DNA of 64,000 nucleotides from Patescibacteria group bacterium (GTDB lineage: Bacteria; Patescibacteriota; Saccharimonadia; Saccharimonadales; JANWIN01), in contig DATIHJ010000008.1 in NCBI GenBank assembly GCA_035480855.1, positions 17,308-81,307 of the forward strand, read 5' to 3'. Below are positions 8,889 to 20,399 of this stretch, one piece after another. Made by a program: the position numbers and the translations under genes. Every line of letters begins with the position of its first letter. Position 1 is the stretch's first letter. Under the pieces are notes generated by a model. The model was not told the DNA's origin. It made no database searches and saw nothing but the letters and a program-made list of their open reading frames with translations.

Positions 8889-9803
8889 ATGAATGTTGCA
8901 ACGAATCCATTTCACGCACAGCCTCTGTTAGAGCCAGGAACTTATGTTGTTGCAGTATCTGGTGGGGTAGACAGTATGGTTTTGCTTGATATGTTGGTGC
9001 CGGTTCCTGGGCTAAAGCTAACTGTTGCCCACTTTGATCATGGTATTCGTGAAGATTCACATCTGGACCGACTACTTGTGCAGGAGGCAGCAAAGCGCTA
9101 TGGCCTACCGTTTGTTTATGAGCAAGGACATCTGGGTGCGGGTGCGAGCGAAGATGTTGCCCGCCAGGCTCGCTACGAGTTTTTGGGGCGAGTACGATCA
9201 GCTGCTGGGGCAGATGCTATCGTTACTGCGCATCACCAAGACGACCAGCTGGAGACAGCTTACATAAATATACTTAGGGGGACTAACCGGCGTGGACTGA
9301 CTTCTTTACGCTCTACTCAGGGTCGTCGCCGGCCACTTCTGCATCTATCTAAAAAAGAGCTACTAGCCTATGCCCACGCAAACAACATAGTTTGGCGGGA
9401 GGATAGCACAAACCAGGATACTACCTATTTGCGTAACCGGGTACGCCATACTATGTTGTCCTTATTGCCAGCGCGCGAACGGGCTAAGCTGGCCAAAGAA
9501 CTTGAGGAGCTAGCAGTTATCAACCAAAGCATTGATAAGGCGCTTACCAACCAACTTCATATGCAGTCATCTGTTAATGCATTGGATAGGCGCTGGTTTA
9601 TTATGCTTCCGCATGAAGTTGCCCGGGAGGTTATGGCCACTTGGCTTAGGCAAAAGGGAATTGCTAGTCTTGATAAAAAACGGTTAGAGCTAATAACAAA
9701 CTCCGCAAAAACCTTAAAACCAGGCAAACGGATAGATGTAGATTCTACTCATATTCTACTAATCCAAAAAGATAAATTGGCACTCAAGACCAGCGAGCGC
9801 TAG
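8889..9803 (+). CDS. tilS: tRNA(Ile)-lysidine synthetase TilS
   Basis: PP-loop VAVSGGVDSMVLLDML; length and HHQDDQ motif fit TilS. Confidence 0.8.
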   Translation: MNVATNPFHAQPLLEPGTYVVAVSGGVDSMVLLDMLVPVPGLKLTVAHFDHGIREDSHLDRLLVQEAAKRYGLPFVYEQGHLGAGASEDVARQARYEFLGRVRSAAGADAIVTAHHQDDQLETAYINILRGTNRRGLTSLRSTQGRRRPLLHLSKKELLAYAHANNIVWREDSTNQDTTYLRNRVRHTMLSLLPARERAKLAKELEELAVINQSIDKALTNQLHMQSSVNALDRRWFIMLPHEVAREVMATWLRQKGIASLDKKRLELITNSAKTLKPGKRIDVDSTHILLIQKDKLALKTSER

Positions 9804-9839
9804 TAATTACGGCACGGATTAGGGTATAATAGTTGCCAT

Positions 9840-11711
9840 ATGGATAAACAACCGTTTCGCAAGCAGTCCTCTCCAGTGGGAAATAACAACCGCAAAAACT
9901 TCAAGAACTTTGGTTTTGTAGCCCTGCTAATTCTAATTGGTCTTATTATTTTTGCAGCTTTCAGCCAACCTAGCACCCTCAAGTCGGTGCCATTTTCTCA
10001 GGTTATCAGCCAGGCCAATTCGGGTGATGTTAAAGAAATTAGTATTCAGGGCAATACACTCAGCATTACTAAAAAGGGTGAGAGCCAAGCCTCCGAAAAA
10101 TCTTATAAAGACAGTAGTGCCAGTATTTACCAACAAGGTCTAACTAACAAAAACGTAATTGTTGATATTAAACCTGAATCTAGCGCTGGCTCTACATGGA
10201 CAAACCTTGGAATCTCTATTTTGCCAGTTATATTGATAGCCCTTGTCCTGTTCTTTATGCTCAGAAGTGCTCAGGGGCAAGGTAACCAAGCCATGAGCTT
10301 TGGTAAAAGCCGAGCCCGCTTGTATGGCAACGAGAAAGAAAAGGTAACTTTCCATGATATTGCTGGAACTCAAGAAGCCAAAATTGATCTGCAAGAAGTC
10401 GTAGAGTTTTTGAAATTTCCCAAAAAGTTTGAATCAGTCGGTGCCACTATTCCAAAAGGAGTTCTGCTGGTGGGTCCCCCAGGTACAGGTAAAACTATGC
10501 TGGCCCGTGCAGTTGCAGGTGAGGCCAATGTGCCATTCTTTAGTATTTCTGGTTCGGAGTTTGTAGAGATGTTTGTGGGTGTCGGAGCTAGCCGTGTCCG
10601 TGACTTGTTTGCCAAAGCCAAGAAGAACGCACCATGCATTATCTTTATTGACGAAATCGATGCAGTTGGCCGCCGACGTGGTAGCGGTATGGGTGGTGGA
10701 CATGATGAACGTGAACAAACTCTCAACCAAATTTTGGTAGAAATGGACGGCTTTGAGCAAGGTACCAATGTAATAGTGCTAGCGGCCACCAACCGTTCAG
10801 ATGTGCTTGACCCAGCGTTGCTGCGACCTGGTCGTTTTGACCGACGCGTTAACATCGACTTGCCTGACCGGAAGGACCGCGAAGCTATTCTAAAGGTCCA
10901 TTTTGCCAAGAAGCCCCTAGCCAAAGATGTAAACTTGGACTCGCTAGCTGCTAAATCGGCTGGCTCATCCGGCGCCGACCTATCAAATATTGCCAACGAG
11001 GCAGCTATCATCGCTGCTCGCCATAACCACAATCAGATTAGCCAAAGCGACGTTACCTCAGCCTTTGAAAAGGTGGCAATTGGCCCAGAACGCAAGAGCA
11101 AGGTTATGAACGAGCACGAAAAGGAATTAACTGCCTATCACGAGGCAGGACACGCTGTAGTTGGCCACGTACTACCTGACAGCGACTCGGTGCACAAAGT
11201 TACAATTATTCCTCGCGGCGGCACAGGCGGGGTAACTTGGTTTATTCCACCAGAAGATAAGAGCTACCACAGCATTATTGAGTTCAAAGATGTGCTAGCC
11301 AGGATGCTAGGCGGGCGGGTTGCAGAGGAAGTTATTTATGGTCCTGACCGTATTACGACCGGGGCAGGCAATGATCTACAAAAGGCCGCTGAACTAGCAC
11401 GCGACATGGTAGTTAACCAAGGTATGGGCAGTAAACTACGTGACCAAGTATTCCATGTTGATGAAGGCATGATGATGGATAAATTGGTTCAAGAACGCCA
11501 GTATTCAGATGATACCGCCAAAATTATTGACGACGAAGTGGAACACCTCATTACAGAAGCAGGCGTGCGAGCACGAAGCGTTATAAAATCAAATATTGCT
11601 AAACTAGAAGTGCTAAAAGACCGTTTGCTAGAGAAAGAAACCGTCGAAGCAGAAGAAGTAGAGAAAATCCTGTCTGGCACTACCATGCCTAAAGCCGCCG
11701 CCTTGTACTAG
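9840..11711 (+). CDS. ftsH: ATP-dependent zinc metalloprotease FtsH
   Basis: N-terminal transmembrane and periplasmic region, AAA Walker A GPPGTGKT, second region of homology, HEAGH zinc motif. Confidence 0.9.
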   Translation: MDKQPFRKQSSPVGNNNRKNFKNFGFVALLILIGLIIFAAFSQPSTLKSVPFSQVISQANSGDVKEISIQGNTLSITKKGESQASEKSYKDSSASIYQQGLTNKNVIVDIKPESSAGSTWTNLGISILPVILIALVLFFMLRSAQGQGNQAMSFGKSRARLYGNEKEKVTFHDIAGTQEAKIDLQEVVEFLKFPKKFESVGATIPKGVLLVGPPGTGKTMLARAVAGEANVPFFSISGSEFVEMFVGVGASRVRDLFAKAKKNAPCIIFIDEIDAVGRRRGSGMGGGHDEREQTLNQILVEMDGFEQGTNVIVLAATNRSDVLDPALLRPGRFDRRVNIDLPDRKDREAILKVHFAKKPLAKDVNLDSLAAKSAGSSGADLSNIANEAAIIAARHNHNQISQSDVTSAFEKVAIGPERKSKVMNEHEKELTAYHEAGHAVVGHVLPDSDSVHKVTIIPRGGTGGVTWFIPPEDKSYHSIIEFKDVLARMLGGRVAEEVIYGPDRITTGAGNDLQKAAELARDMVVNQGMGSKLRDQVFHVDEGMMMDKLVQERQYSDDTAKIIDDEVEHLITEAGVRARSVIKSNIAKLEVLKDRLLEKETVEAEEVEKILSGTTMPKAAALY

Positions 11712-11788
11712 GGACTAAAACACGGAAAATAGTAAAAATGAGGTTTTAGCCTAGTTCCTGTTTTCTAGTTCCTCTATACTAATACCGA

Positions 11789-13375
11789 ATGAACCGAATA
11801 GTAAATCGTGCCAATAAACGGGTAAGCATGAGTAATGCAGCCGTACTGCTAATTGTGACCGCTTTGCTGGCTCAATTGCTAGGCTTTTTCCGTAACCGCC
11901 TAGTTAGTACTAACTTTACCCAGGTTAACCCTGGTAGTACGGATGCTTTTTTTGCTGCCTTCCAGATTCCAGATTTCTTTTTTCTGACCATTGCGGCAGG
12001 GGCGCTCGGCGTGGCTTTTATGCCAGTTTTAGCTGACCGCCTGCACCTAAAAGACCGAAAAGGTATCTGGGAAATTACCAGTAGCCTGCTCAATTTGCTG
12101 AGCGTTATTATGTTTATCGTTGCGATTATTATCTTTGTGTTTGCCAAACCTCTGCTTCACAACATAGTGGCACCCAAGCTTGGTCCTGTACAGCTTAACC
12201 AAGCTACAACCATCATGCGCATCATAGCCCTAAATCCGCTGCTGTTTACCTTATCTGGAATTCTGACCAGTGTGCAGCAAACGTTTGGACGGTTCTTTTT
12301 TTATGCCATTGCGCCGCTAGCCTATAACCTTGCCATCATTGCCAGCATCTACATATTTAAGTACCACCTGGGAGTTATTGGTCTCGGAGTTGGTGCAGTT
12401 ATTGGTTCATCTATACAGCTGGCAATTGCCCTACTGGGCATGTGGGGGCTTGGCTTTCGTTACCGACCAAAGATTAACTTCCGCTCACGTGATTTCCAGC
12501 TCATTATGCGTACCATGCCACCCCGTGCTGTCGACCAAGGAGTAGATTCTATTAACAGCATTGTTGAAACCAACCGGGCCAGCACGCTTGGTAAAGGCGC
12601 TGTCAGCTACTATAACTTTGCTACTACGCTTATGAACGTGCCAGTTATGCTGTTTGGAACCGCTATTGCCACTGCAGCCTTTCCGCGGCTCAACGACCGT
12701 TTAGCTGCACATCGGCCAGATTTGTTTCACAGGGATTTCTTTAAAGTACTTCGAGTAATGATCTGGATTGCAATGCCTGTAGCTGTCATATCTTTCTTTT
12801 GCCGGGGATATTTGGCCCGTTTGCTCTACGGTAGTGTGGCGCCACAGGTAGCCTTGATATTTGGCTTTTTAGCAGTCGCCATCTTTGCGCGCATCATCTA
12901 CACCATTCTGTCGCGCTATTTCTATGCTCAGAAAGATACCAAAACACCGCTGTTTGTATCACTCTTTGTGATTGCCCTGAATGTCTTCCTAGCCTTCCGA
13001 CTAGTCAAACCGTCAACCTACGGTATTTCTGGGCTAGCTCTGGCCCAATCCATAGCCGCTGCTTCAGAGGTAGTTCTGCTATTTGCAATTATGTTTTGGC
13101 GCGACCCGTACATGTTTAACCGTGCCTTCTGGGGATCAATTGTCCGTATTGTGTCAGTAACTGGTTTTAGTGTGTTAGCAGCCTTTATAATGGTTTCGCT
13201 CTTGCCGCTGACTATAGGAGATCGTGGTTTTGTGACCCTTGGTTTTAAGTTTGGCTTAATTGCGGGCGTGACAGTACTTGTACATGTAGGGATGTCCGCG
13301 TTATTTGGACTTGATGAAGCCAAAGTAGTTTTGCGCAAAGCCTATAGGATTATTCTCGGTCCAATCCGAATTTAG
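11789..13375 (+). CDS. murJ: lipid II flippase MurJ/MviN
   Basis: 528-aa polytopic membrane protein with MurJ-like N-terminal region (FFRNRLVSTNF, DAFFAAFQIPD). Confidence 0.75.
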   Translation: MNRIVNRANKRVSMSNAAVLLIVTALLAQLLGFFRNRLVSTNFTQVNPGSTDAFFAAFQIPDFFFLTIAAGALGVAFMPVLADRLHLKDRKGIWEITSSLLNLLSVIMFIVAIIIFVFAKPLLHNIVAPKLGPVQLNQATTIMRIIALNPLLFTLSGILTSVQQTFGRFFFYAIAPLAYNLAIIASIYIFKYHLGVIGLGVGAVIGSSIQLAIALLGMWGLGFRYRPKINFRSRDFQLIMRTMPPRAVDQGVDSINSIVETNRASTLGKGAVSYYNFATTLMNVPVMLFGTAIATAAFPRLNDRLAAHRPDLFHRDFFKVLRVMIWIAMPVAVISFFCRGYLARLLYGSVAPQVALIFGFLAVAIFARIIYTILSRYFYAQKDTKTPLFVSLFVIALNVFLAFRLVKPSTYGISGLALAQSIAAASEVVLLFAIMFWRDPYMFNRAFWGSIVRIVSVTGFSVLAAFIMVSLLPLTIGDRGFVTLGFKFGLIAGVTVLVHVGMSALFGLDEAKVVLRKAYRIILGPIRI

Positions 13376-13399
13376 CACTCAAAGCTAGTAAAAACAGGG

Positions 13400-15244
13400 G
13401 TGGACTGGTACAATCACTCAGATATGGACCAAGCCCACATTAGAAACTTTTGCATAATTGCTCATATTGATCATGGCAAGTCAACGCTTGCTGATCGTTT
13501 GCTTGAATTAACTGGCACAGTCGAAAAGCGCCAAATGCGGGCTCAAATTCTAGACAAGATGGATCTAGAGCGCGAAAAGGGCATAACCATCAAGCTGGCG
13601 CCCGTCCGAATGAGCTATAAGCTAGCAGCTGCTAATTATCAGTTGAACCTGATCGATACACCTGGTCACGTAGACTTTAGCTACGAAGTATCGCGCAGCC
13701 TAGCTGCTTGCGAAGGCGCTCTGCTCGTAGTAGATGCTACCCAGGGCATTCAGGCCCAAACCCTAGCAAATGTATATCTGGCTTTAGCTGCTAACTTAAC
13801 AATTATCCCTGTGCTTAATAAAATCGATCTACCGGCCGCTAATATTGAGCGCTCAAGTGCAGAAATAGTAGCGCTACTAGGCTGCATGCCAGAAGAAATT
13901 CTTCATATCTCAGCCAAGACAGGTCAGGGAGTAGAGCGGGTGCTAAGCAGTGTGGTAGAAAAGATTCCACCGCCTTCTGGTCATCCTAAAAGCCCCACTA
14001 AAGCCTTAGTGTTTGATAGTTATTACGACGATTACCGGGGAGTTATCCTCTATATAAGGGTAGTGGATGGTACAATTTCCAAAAATGCGTCCATTCACAT
14101 GATGGCGGCAAATAGCAATGGCATTGCACTTGAGGTTGGTTATCTAAACCCAGATATGTTACATGGTTCAAGCTTGCAAACGGGAGAAATTGGCTATATT
14201 GTGACTAACTTTAAGAGCACCCGTGAGGCCAGAGTGGGCGACACAGTTACGCTAACCAGTGATCCGGCAATGCAGGCTCTGGAGGGATACAAAGACATCA
14301 AGCCGTTTGTATATGCCGGTTTCTTCCCAGATAGCAATGAAAACTACCAGCTACTCAAAGACGCCATAGAAAAGCTGAGCTTAAGTGATTCGGCCCTGCA
14401 GTTTACACCAGAAAACTCTCCAGTTCTCGGATTTGGAGTGCGTGTAGGCTTTTTGGGACTCTTGCATATGGATATTGTGCGAGAGCGCCTGGAACGTGAG
14501 TATAACCTGGAACTAGTTATTACTAACCCTTCAACCGATTACCAGGTTACACTTTTAAACGGCAGCGAGATAGATATAAAAAGTGCGGCAGATTTGCCTG
14601 ATCCAGCTAGTATCCAGGAGATTCGAGAACCCTGGATCAGCGGTGAAGTAGTTATGCCCAAGGCGTATGTTGGGCCGGTACTCCAACTGATTGCCGGCAA
14701 GCGTGGGTTACAAAAAAACCTTAGCTATATTGCAACTGCAGATTCTGCCCAAACTGACACTGCCGCTCTAGCAGTCATCACTTTTGAGGCGCCTCTAGCT
14801 AACTTGCTGACAGATTTTTATGATCAGCTCAAGAGTATTACCAGTGGCTACGGCTCTTTTAACTATGAACTTGACGATTACCGACCAGAGGATCTGGTAC
14901 GCTTAGACTTTTACGTAGCAGGTGAGCGCGTAGATGCGCTTGGCATAATGATTCACCGTTCTGAGGCAGAAAAACTTGGACGCGAAACGGTGGGCAAACT
15001 CAAAGAAGTAATACCGCGCCAGCAGTTCAAAGTCAGTTTGCAGGCTGCTATTGGCGGCAAGTTTATTGCCCGAGAAGATATTAGCAGCTATCGCAAAGAC
15101 GTGACGACAGGATTATATGGTGGCGATGTATCGCGTAAAAAGAAAGTGCTAGCAAAACAAGCCAAAGGCAAAAAGCGCATGAAGAAATTCGGAAATGTAG
15201 AAATCCCGGCAGAAGCCTTCACTGTTATGTTAAAACGCGATTAA
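13400..15244 (+). CDS. lepA: elongation factor 4 LepA
   Basis: GTPase G1 AHIDHGKST, DTPGHVDF, and the LepA-specific C-terminal domain. Confidence 0.9.
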   Translation: MDWYNHSDMDQAHIRNFCIIAHIDHGKSTLADRLLELTGTVEKRQMRAQILDKMDLEREKGITIKLAPVRMSYKLAAANYQLNLIDTPGHVDFSYEVSRSLAACEGALLVVDATQGIQAQTLANVYLALAANLTIIPVLNKIDLPAANIERSSAEIVALLGCMPEEILHISAKTGQGVERVLSSVVEKIPPPSGHPKSPTKALVFDSYYDDYRGVILYIRVVDGTISKNASIHMMAANSNGIALEVGYLNPDMLHGSSLQTGEIGYIVTNFKSTREARVGDTVTLTSDPAMQALEGYKDIKPFVYAGFFPDSNENYQLLKDAIEKLSLSDSALQFTPENSPVLGFGVRVGFLGLLHMDIVRERLEREYNLELVITNPSTDYQVTLLNGSEIDIKSAADLPDPASIQEIREPWISGEVVMPKAYVGPVLQLIAGKRGLQKNLSYIATADSAQTDTAALAVITFEAPLANLLTDFYDQLKSITSGYGSFNYELDDYRPEDLVRLDFYVAGERVDALGIMIHRSEAEKLGRETVGKLKEVIPRQQFKVSLQAAIGGKFIAREDISSYRKDVTTGLYGGDVSRKKKVLAKQAKGKKRMKKFGNVEIPAEAFTVMLKRD

Positions 15245-15251
15245 ATTTGGC

Positions 15252-15656
15252 CTAGCGCCAAACAGCTAGGATGGCACCATTGATTAGGAGTACCACCAGG
15301 AAGTAACCTGTGTTGATAGCCCAAAGTTTTTTGCGAGTGCCGGCAAAGACAGTATTAACTCCTTGAGTGACGGCCACAAAGGCTACCCATAGCCAAAAAC
15401 CAACAACGGCGCCATTGATAGCTGTAGTTGCGCCTGCATAGGCTACAACATGCAAAAGTACCAAAACTTGGACAAAAGCTCCCAGAGTAGTGATAACGTA
15501 TCCCTTAGCTCCATCACCCATCTCTTCCATCTTGCGGCCAACTAACTTTGACCACTCTTTAGCAAACATTACCGGCGAGTACCAGACAGCACCCACACCC
15601 ATATTTACGGCGACAGCTACAATCACTGCCCACCAGTTGATATCTACGCTTGGCAT
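15252..15656 (-). CDS. membrane protein (DUF1761-like)
   Basis: 134 aa with four predicted transmembrane helices. Confidence 0.4.
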   Translation of the reverse strand: MPSVDINWWAVIVAVAVNMGVGAVWYSPVMFAKEWSKLVGRKMEEMGDGAKGYVITTLGAFVQVLVLLHVVAYAGATTAINGAVVGFWLWVAFVAVTQGVNTVFAGTRKKLWAINTGYFLVVLLINGAILAVWR

Positions 15657-15755
15657 AGTGCGCCTCCTTAATTATGCTTTTATCTAACGCCTAACTTCAG
15701 TAAAAATCAAGCTATTTGCCAATGTAATAATGCTTAATTTAACGAACAAGAAATA

Positions 15756-16361
15756 CTAAGAATTACTTAACGCTGCTAATTTATGCAAGATATCGACAGC
15801 TACATTTTCGGGAGAGGGCATACCATCTACTTCTATGAGCAAACCGTGCTGTCTGTAGTAATCAATGACGGGAAGAGTTTTTTGACGGAATTCATTAAAC
15901 CGGTTAAGTAAAATATCTTCGGCAACGTCATCTTCACGCCCGCGCTTTGCTAGTCGCCACCTTCTCTTCGCTTCATCCTCTGTAATTGATAAATATATCA
16001 CCGCCTTTATGGGGTGACCGGATTCTACTGCAGCTTTGACTACGCTTTGTTCCTCACCATGCCATCTACCAACACTGCTCAAAATAAGAGGTTTTCCTTT
16101 GTATTCTGGCTGGGCTAAAAAAGGTAGTACAATTGCCAAAAATTCATCTGTGGGCGCTAAATGTCCCTTTCCGATATGTTCTTGTATATGTTTTGGGCCT
16201 TTTGAACTTCTAAGGATGTCTCCACCACTGAGCAGGACAGCATTAAATAATTTCTGGAGTTTTTCCCCATGAGTGTCTTTGCCAGAAAACGGCAGACCAA
16301 ATATATTAATAGATCCCGACTTAAGCCACTGGGAAATTTTGTTTATCTCTGCTCTGTTCAT
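15756..16361 (-). CDS. adenylate-kinase-like P-loop nucleoside monophosphate kinase
   Basis: P-loop GLPFSGKDT followed by LLSGGDILR, matching adenylate kinase NMP-binding layout. Confidence 0.5.
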   Translation of the reverse strand: MNRAEINKISQWLKSGSINIFGLPFSGKDTHGEKLQKLFNAVLLSGGDILRSSKGPKHIQEHIGKGHLAPTDEFLAIVLPFLAQPEYKGKPLILSSVGRWHGEEQSVVKAAVESGHPIKAVIYLSITEDEAKRRWRLAKRGREDDVAEDILLNRFNEFRQKTLPVIDYYRQHGLLIEVDGMPSPENVAVDILHKLAALSNS

Positions 16362-16403
16362 TAACCAATTATAAGGTAACTACACCACCTTAGGCAAGAC
16401 GTG

Positions 16404-16430
16404 TTGGCACTCTTGACTAGCGAGTGCTAA
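16404..16430 (+). promoter_or_regulatory. CIRCE operator (HrcA binding site)
   Basis: TTGGCACTC-N9-GAGTGCTAA, matching 17 of 18 positions of the CIRCE inverted repeat TTAGCACTC-N9-GAGTGCTAA; lies 26 nt upstream of hrcA. Confidence 0.8.
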
Positions 16431-16455
16431 TCCTATAAACTAGCACTATACGAAA

Positions 16456-17199
16456 ATGAGTGCCATAAGGTACCAAGGATTATTGATGTTAACCGACCGC
16501 CAGCAAAAAATACTCCAAGCTATAGTTGAACAATATGCCGAGGTTGCCAGCCCTGTGGGTTCCAGCCTGCTTGCTAGAGCTTTTGAGGTGTCTTCTGCCA
16601 CTATTCGGGCAGATATGGCCGAGCTAGAACGGGCAGGTTTTATACAGCAACCACATACCAGTGCTGGCCGCGTGCCAACAGACAAAGGCTACCGCTTTTA
16701 TGTAAACAATTTGGCTGAGGATAAAGAACAAAAAACTCCAGCTGGTCACCGGGCAGAACGTGCCCTGGCTACCCGTATTAACGCTGGAGGAGCTCCAGAG
16801 CGTACTATCCGAAACACCGTAGATACTCTTGTAGAACTTACTCACAATCTAGGACTAGCTACCATTGGCAACCAACTATACATGAGCGGACTATCTAACC
16901 TGTTTGGCCAACCAGAATTTATCAATGGCTTGCAGGTTCAAGAAGTTGCGCGCCTACTCGACAACTTAGAACCATGGTTGCAAGAGGCTGCACCCAACGA
17001 AGCGCTGAGTGTATATATTGGTGGTGAGAATCCCATTGGCCGAGGTGCCGGCTGCTCCCTGATAATCAGCAAATTCCGCAGCCCCTACAGTGATACTAGC
17101 TATATAGGTACGCTTGGCCCCACCCGTCAGAGTTACCGCGACGTAATGAGCCTAGTTCAACGAGCCGGCAAAACACTCGAAGAGGTGCTATATGAATAG
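16456..17199 (+). CDS. hrcA: heat-inducible transcription repressor HrcA (short form)
   Basis: N-terminal wHTH LTDRQQKILQAIVEQY...VSSATIRADMAELERAGFIQQPHTSAGRVPTDKGYRFYV and C-terminal GPTRQSY motif; immediately precedes grpE-dnaK-dnaJ. Confidence 0.75.
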   Translation: MSAIRYQGLLMLTDRQQKILQAIVEQYAEVASPVGSSLLARAFEVSSATIRADMAELERAGFIQQPHTSAGRVPTDKGYRFYVNNLAEDKEQKTPAGHRAERALATRINAGGAPERTIRNTVDTLVELTHNLGLATIGNQLYMSGLSNLFGQPEFINGLQVQEVARLLDNLEPWLQEAAPNEALSVYIGGENPIGRGAGCSLIISKFRSPYSDTSYIGTLGPTRQSYRDVMSLVQRAGKTLEEVLYE

Positions 17200-17449
17200 T
17201 GGCGAATTTTCACCAAAGCCACCAGAAATCCTAGCTGGTGCGATAGTAATGGCTGAGGGAATAATAAGGCTATCATGGGCTTTAGATGGTCCTGGCGCTA
17301 CCATACCCCCGGAGGCAGTCCAGCGCTTTGTAGACGAATACAATTTATCTCCATCCGAAACCGTAGCTGTAACCACTGTTGCAACTAACAAAATTGGACG
17401 CACGATAGATGATGGACTAGAGGAGAGTTTTTATGGCCCAATCGAATAA
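17192..17449 (+). CDS. hypothetical small protein between hrcA and grpE
   Basis: 85-aa ORF filling the hrcA-grpE gap with short overlaps at both ends; no recognisable motif. Confidence 0.3.
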   Translation: MNSGEFSPKPPEILAGAIVMAEGIIRLSWALDGPGATIPPEAVQRFVDEYNLSPSETVAVTTVATNKIGRTIDDGLEESFYGPIE

Positions 17450-17921
17450 GCCAAAAACAACTAACAATATAAAACAGCTTCATCAGCAGATTGTTGAGCT
17501 AACAGAAGCATTGCAACGCGAACGGGCTGATGCAGAGAACATTCGTAGGCGACATGATGAACAAATTGGTGGGCTAAAAAACATGGTTACAGCCAATGTA
17601 GTTCAGCAGCTTTTGCCAGTTATAGACAACTTTGAGCGTGCACTCAAACATGTGCCGGAGGATCTAAAAAACAATGACTATGTCAAAGGTGTAGGAGGAG
17701 TAGTCAAGCAGTTTGAAAAGACCCTGGCAGATATGGGCGTGGAACGTATACAAACAGTGGGGAAAGCATTCGATCCACGCCTGCACGAAGCCATTAGTAT
17801 GGACGGTGAACATGGTAGCCATGAAGTAGTGAGCGAAGAGCTACAATCAGGTTATGTTCTGGGAGACAACGTCCTACGCCATTCCATGGTAAAAGTTCGT
17901 ATGGAGGACAAAAAGTCATGA
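17433..17921 (+). CDS. grpE: nucleotide exchange factor GrpE
   Basis: Coiled-coil N-terminus (ADAENIRRR) and GrpE C-terminal beta domain; position in the hsp operon. Confidence 0.8.
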   Translation: MAQSNKPKTTNNIKQLHQQIVELTEALQRERADAENIRRRHDEQIGGLKNMVTANVVQQLLPVIDNFERALKHVPEDLKNNDYVKGVGGVVKQFEKTLADMGVERIQTVGKAFDPRLHEAISMDGEHGSHEVVSEELQSGYVLGDNVLRHSMVKVRMEDKKS

Positions 17922-18235
17922 GTGTAAATGAATCTTTTTTGCACGTAAGAGTAGTTGAAGCAGGTAAAACCTATATTGGTGGCACTTTTTGCAGAGGAGA
18001 AGAAGATATGCGTGAAATATTTGAAGAAAGTCCTGCAGATATAGGTATGGATATAGAAGATGCTAGAGAAGCAGTTCAGTCGGGAATGCCATCAGAAACA
18101 GCTATGCAAACATACAATCTCAATCGTACAATTTCTGGTCGCAGAGAGATTGGAAAGACTGTTGAATCATGTCTGAGCCGGATAACGTCTGGCCAATGCG
18201 CTGTTTACCCAATTAATCATGGAGCGAAAACATGA
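17918..18235 (+). CDS. hypothetical acidic protein
   Basis: 105-aa ORF translationally coupled to grpE; no known motif. Confidence 0.35.
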   Translation: MSVNESFLHVRVVEAGKTYIGGTFCRGEEDMREIFEESPADIGMDIEDAREAVQSGMPSETAMQTYNLNRTISGRREIGKTVESCLSRITSGQCAVYPINHGAKT

Positions 18236-18489
18236 TGATGGATTCAGGATCAGATGCCTTATGGGGAGATTTTGACGAAGGAAAAGTTGCCGCATCGTCA
18301 CCTACTATTCCTATCACTTCTGAATCACTTATTGATTCTATAGAATCGATTTGTAGAACAAATGGAGTAGTAGATATTGCAAGCCATTTAGAAGCCATAG
18401 TTGATGGTTTTTCTGGTGGCTATCCGAGCAATTTCATAGAAAGCTGTAAGCGAAAAATAATTGAATTAAGAGGAGGAACATATGAGTAA
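18232..18489 (+). CDS. hypothetical acidic protein
   Basis: 85-aa ORF coupled to the preceding ORF and overlapping the dnaK start; no known motif. Confidence 0.35.
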   Translation: MMMDSGSDALWGDFDEGKVAASSPTIPITSESLIDSIESICRTNGVVDIASHLEAIVDGFSGGYPSNFIESCKRKIIELRGGTYE

Positions 18490-20398
18490 AATAATTGGAA
18501 TCGATTTAGGGACTACTAACAGTGCTATGGCAGTCATGCAGTCTGGTAAGCCAGAGATTATTGCCAACAGCGAAGGTGCACGCACCACGCCTAGCGTTGT
18601 AGCCGTAAATAAGAATGGTGAAAGGCTAGTGGGTCAGGTTGCCCGCCGCCAGCAGGTCACTAACCCAAAGAACACAATTTATGAGGTTAAGCGCCTAATT
18701 GGCCGCCGTTGGGAAGACAAAGAAGTCCAGCGCGATCTTAAGCTAATGGGCTACGAAATTGTCAAAAGTGGCACAGCCGTTAAAGTTAAAATGGGCGACA
18801 AAGAGTACAGCCCAGAAGAAGTAAGTGCCATGATACTAGGCAAACTCAAGAGCGATGCCGAGGCGTTTTTAGGTGATTCAGTAACAGAGGCCGTCATAAC
18901 CGTTCCGGCTTACTTTGACGACAGCCAACGTCAGGCCACCAAAGACGCAGGTAAAATTGCTGGTCTTGAGGTTAAGCGCATCATAAATGAGCCTACTGCT
19001 GCAGCCCTAGCCTATGGTCTAGACAAAGGCAGCAAAAAGGACGAAAAGATTGCTGTTTACGACCTAGGTGGCGGCACCTTTGACGTCTCCATATTGGAGC
19101 TAGGCGACGGCGTATTTGAAGTCAAAAGCACCAATGGTGATACCCACTTAGGAGGTGCTGACTTTGACCGTGTAATCGTTAACTATCTGGCGGATGAGTT
19201 CAAAAAAGAGCAAGGCATAAGTGTTAATGATGACAAAGCTGCTATGCAGAGACTGCGTGATGAGGCAGAAAAGGCGAAGATCGAACTATCTACTACAAAT
19301 GAAGTAGAGATCAACTTACCGTTCCTAACGGCAGACGCTGAGGGTCCTAAGCACTTTGAGCACAAATTGACCCGCGCCAAGCTAGAAAGCCTAGTAGGTG
19401 ATCTTATAGAAAATACTGCTGGACCCTGCGATAAAGCCCTTAAAGACGCCAAACTAAAAGCTAGTGACATCGATGCCGTTGTGCTAGTGGGTGGTATGAC
19501 TCGTATGCCAGCCGTAGTAGAAAAAGTTAAGAAAATCTTTGGCAAAGACCCCATGAAGGGCGTTAACCCAGATGAGGTTGTAGCCATTGGTGCTGCTATT
19601 CAGGGCGGCGTTCTACAAGGTGACGTTAAAGATGTGCTGCTTCTAGACGTGACACCATTGTCACTGGGCATAGAGACGCTAGGCGGTGTCGCAACCAAGC
19701 TTATTGAGCGCAATACTACAATTCCAACCAGCAAGAGCGAGACATTTAGTACAGCTGCAGACAACCAGCCACAAGTAGAAATTCATGTGGTCCAGGGTGA
19801 GCGCGAAATGGTTAGTGACAACAAGTCACTTGGTCGCTTTGTTCTTGATGGCATTCCATCCGCACCACGGGGCGTGCCACAGATCGAGGTCACTTTTAAT
19901 CTAGATGCCAACGGTATTTTAAATGTAAGTGCCAAAGATAAAGGTAGCGGAAAAGAACAGAGCATTACTATCCAGGGCAGTAGTGGCCTATCCAAAGAAG
20001 AGGTAGAGAAAATGGCCAAAGAGGCTGAGGCCCACGCAGAGGAAGACAAACAAAAGCGTGAAACTATAGATGCTCGCAACGTTCTTGATAGTGCTATTTA
20101 CCAGGCTGAAAAGCTGAAATCCGACAATAAGGACAAGATTGCAGAAGATGATATCAAGACGCTAGACGAAGCCGTAGAAGCCGCCAAAAAGGCAGTAGCA
20201 GACGAGAAGGCTGACAAAGATAGCTTAGAGAAAGCCGCTAAGGAGCTAAGCGACAAGCTAATGCCAATTGGTGCCAAGATGTACGAGGATGCTGCAAAAG
20301 ATGAAAAGGCAACAGAAGGCAATGAAGCCAAAGATGACGAGAAGAAAGATGGCGAAGAACCAGTAGAAGGCGAAGTCGTCGACGAGAAAAAGGAATAA
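18482..20398 (+). CDS. dnaK: chaperone DnaK (Hsp70)
   Basis: [18 protein letters not shown] and [11 protein letters not shown] signatures; 638 aa. Confidence 0.95.
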   Translation: MSKIIGIDLGTTNSAMAVMQSGKPEIIANSEGARTTPSVVAVNKNGERLVGQVARRQQVTNPKNTIYEVKRLIGRRWEDKEVQRDLKLMGYEIVKSGTAVKVKMGDKEYSPEEVSAMILGKLKSDAEAFLGDSVTEAVITVPAYFDDSQRQATKDAGKIAGLEVKRIINEPTAAALAYGLDKGSKKDEKIAVYDLGGGTFDVSILELGDGVFEVKSTNGDTHLGGADFDRVIVNYLADEFKKEQGISVNDDKAAMQRLRDEAEKAKIELSTTNEVEINLPFLTADAEGPKHFEHKLTRAKLESLVGDLIENTAGPCDKALKDAKLKASDIDAVVLVGGMTRMPAVVEKVKKIFGKDPMKGVNPDEVVAIGAAIQGGVLQGDVKDVLLLDVTPLSLGIETLGGVATKLIERNTTIPTSKSETFSTAADNQPQVEIHVVQGEREMVSDNKSLGRFVLDGIPSAPRGVPQIEVTFNLDANGILNVSAKDKGSGKEQSITIQGSSGLSKEEVEKMAKEAEAHAEEDKQKRETIDARNVLDSAIYQAEKLKSDNKDKIAEDDIKTLDEAVEAAKKAVADEKADKDSLEKAAKELSDKLMPIGAKMYEDAAKDEKATEGNEAKDDEKKDGEEPVEGEVVDEKKE

Positions 20399-20399
20399 C

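Noticed and set aside
10370-11032. 220-aa minus-strand ORF, plus 10434..10760, inside ftsH
   Set aside because: They lie entirely antisense to the well-supported ftsH coding region, and their products are low-complexity Ser/Arg/Ala-rich translations typical of antisense frames.
11712-11788. Imperfect inverted and direct repeats (CTAAAAC...GTTTTAG, TAGTTCCT twice) after ftsH
   Set aside because: The stem is weak with a 24-nt loop and no T-run, and the short direct repeat is within chance expectation. It was not called a terminator or element.
16456-17449. hrcA being a frameshifted pseudogene, since 247 aa plus the following 85-aa ORF is about the usual HrcA length
   Set aside because: The 247-aa product already contains both the N-terminal wHTH and the C-terminal GPTRxxY motif, so it looks like a genuinely short HrcA. 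The 85-aa ORF is kept as a separate low-confidence CDS.
19183-20331. Several minus-strand ORFs inside dnaK (19183..19587, 19783..20079, 20098..20331)
   Set aside because: They are antisense to dnaK and produce Ser/Ala/Leu-rich low-complexity translations.
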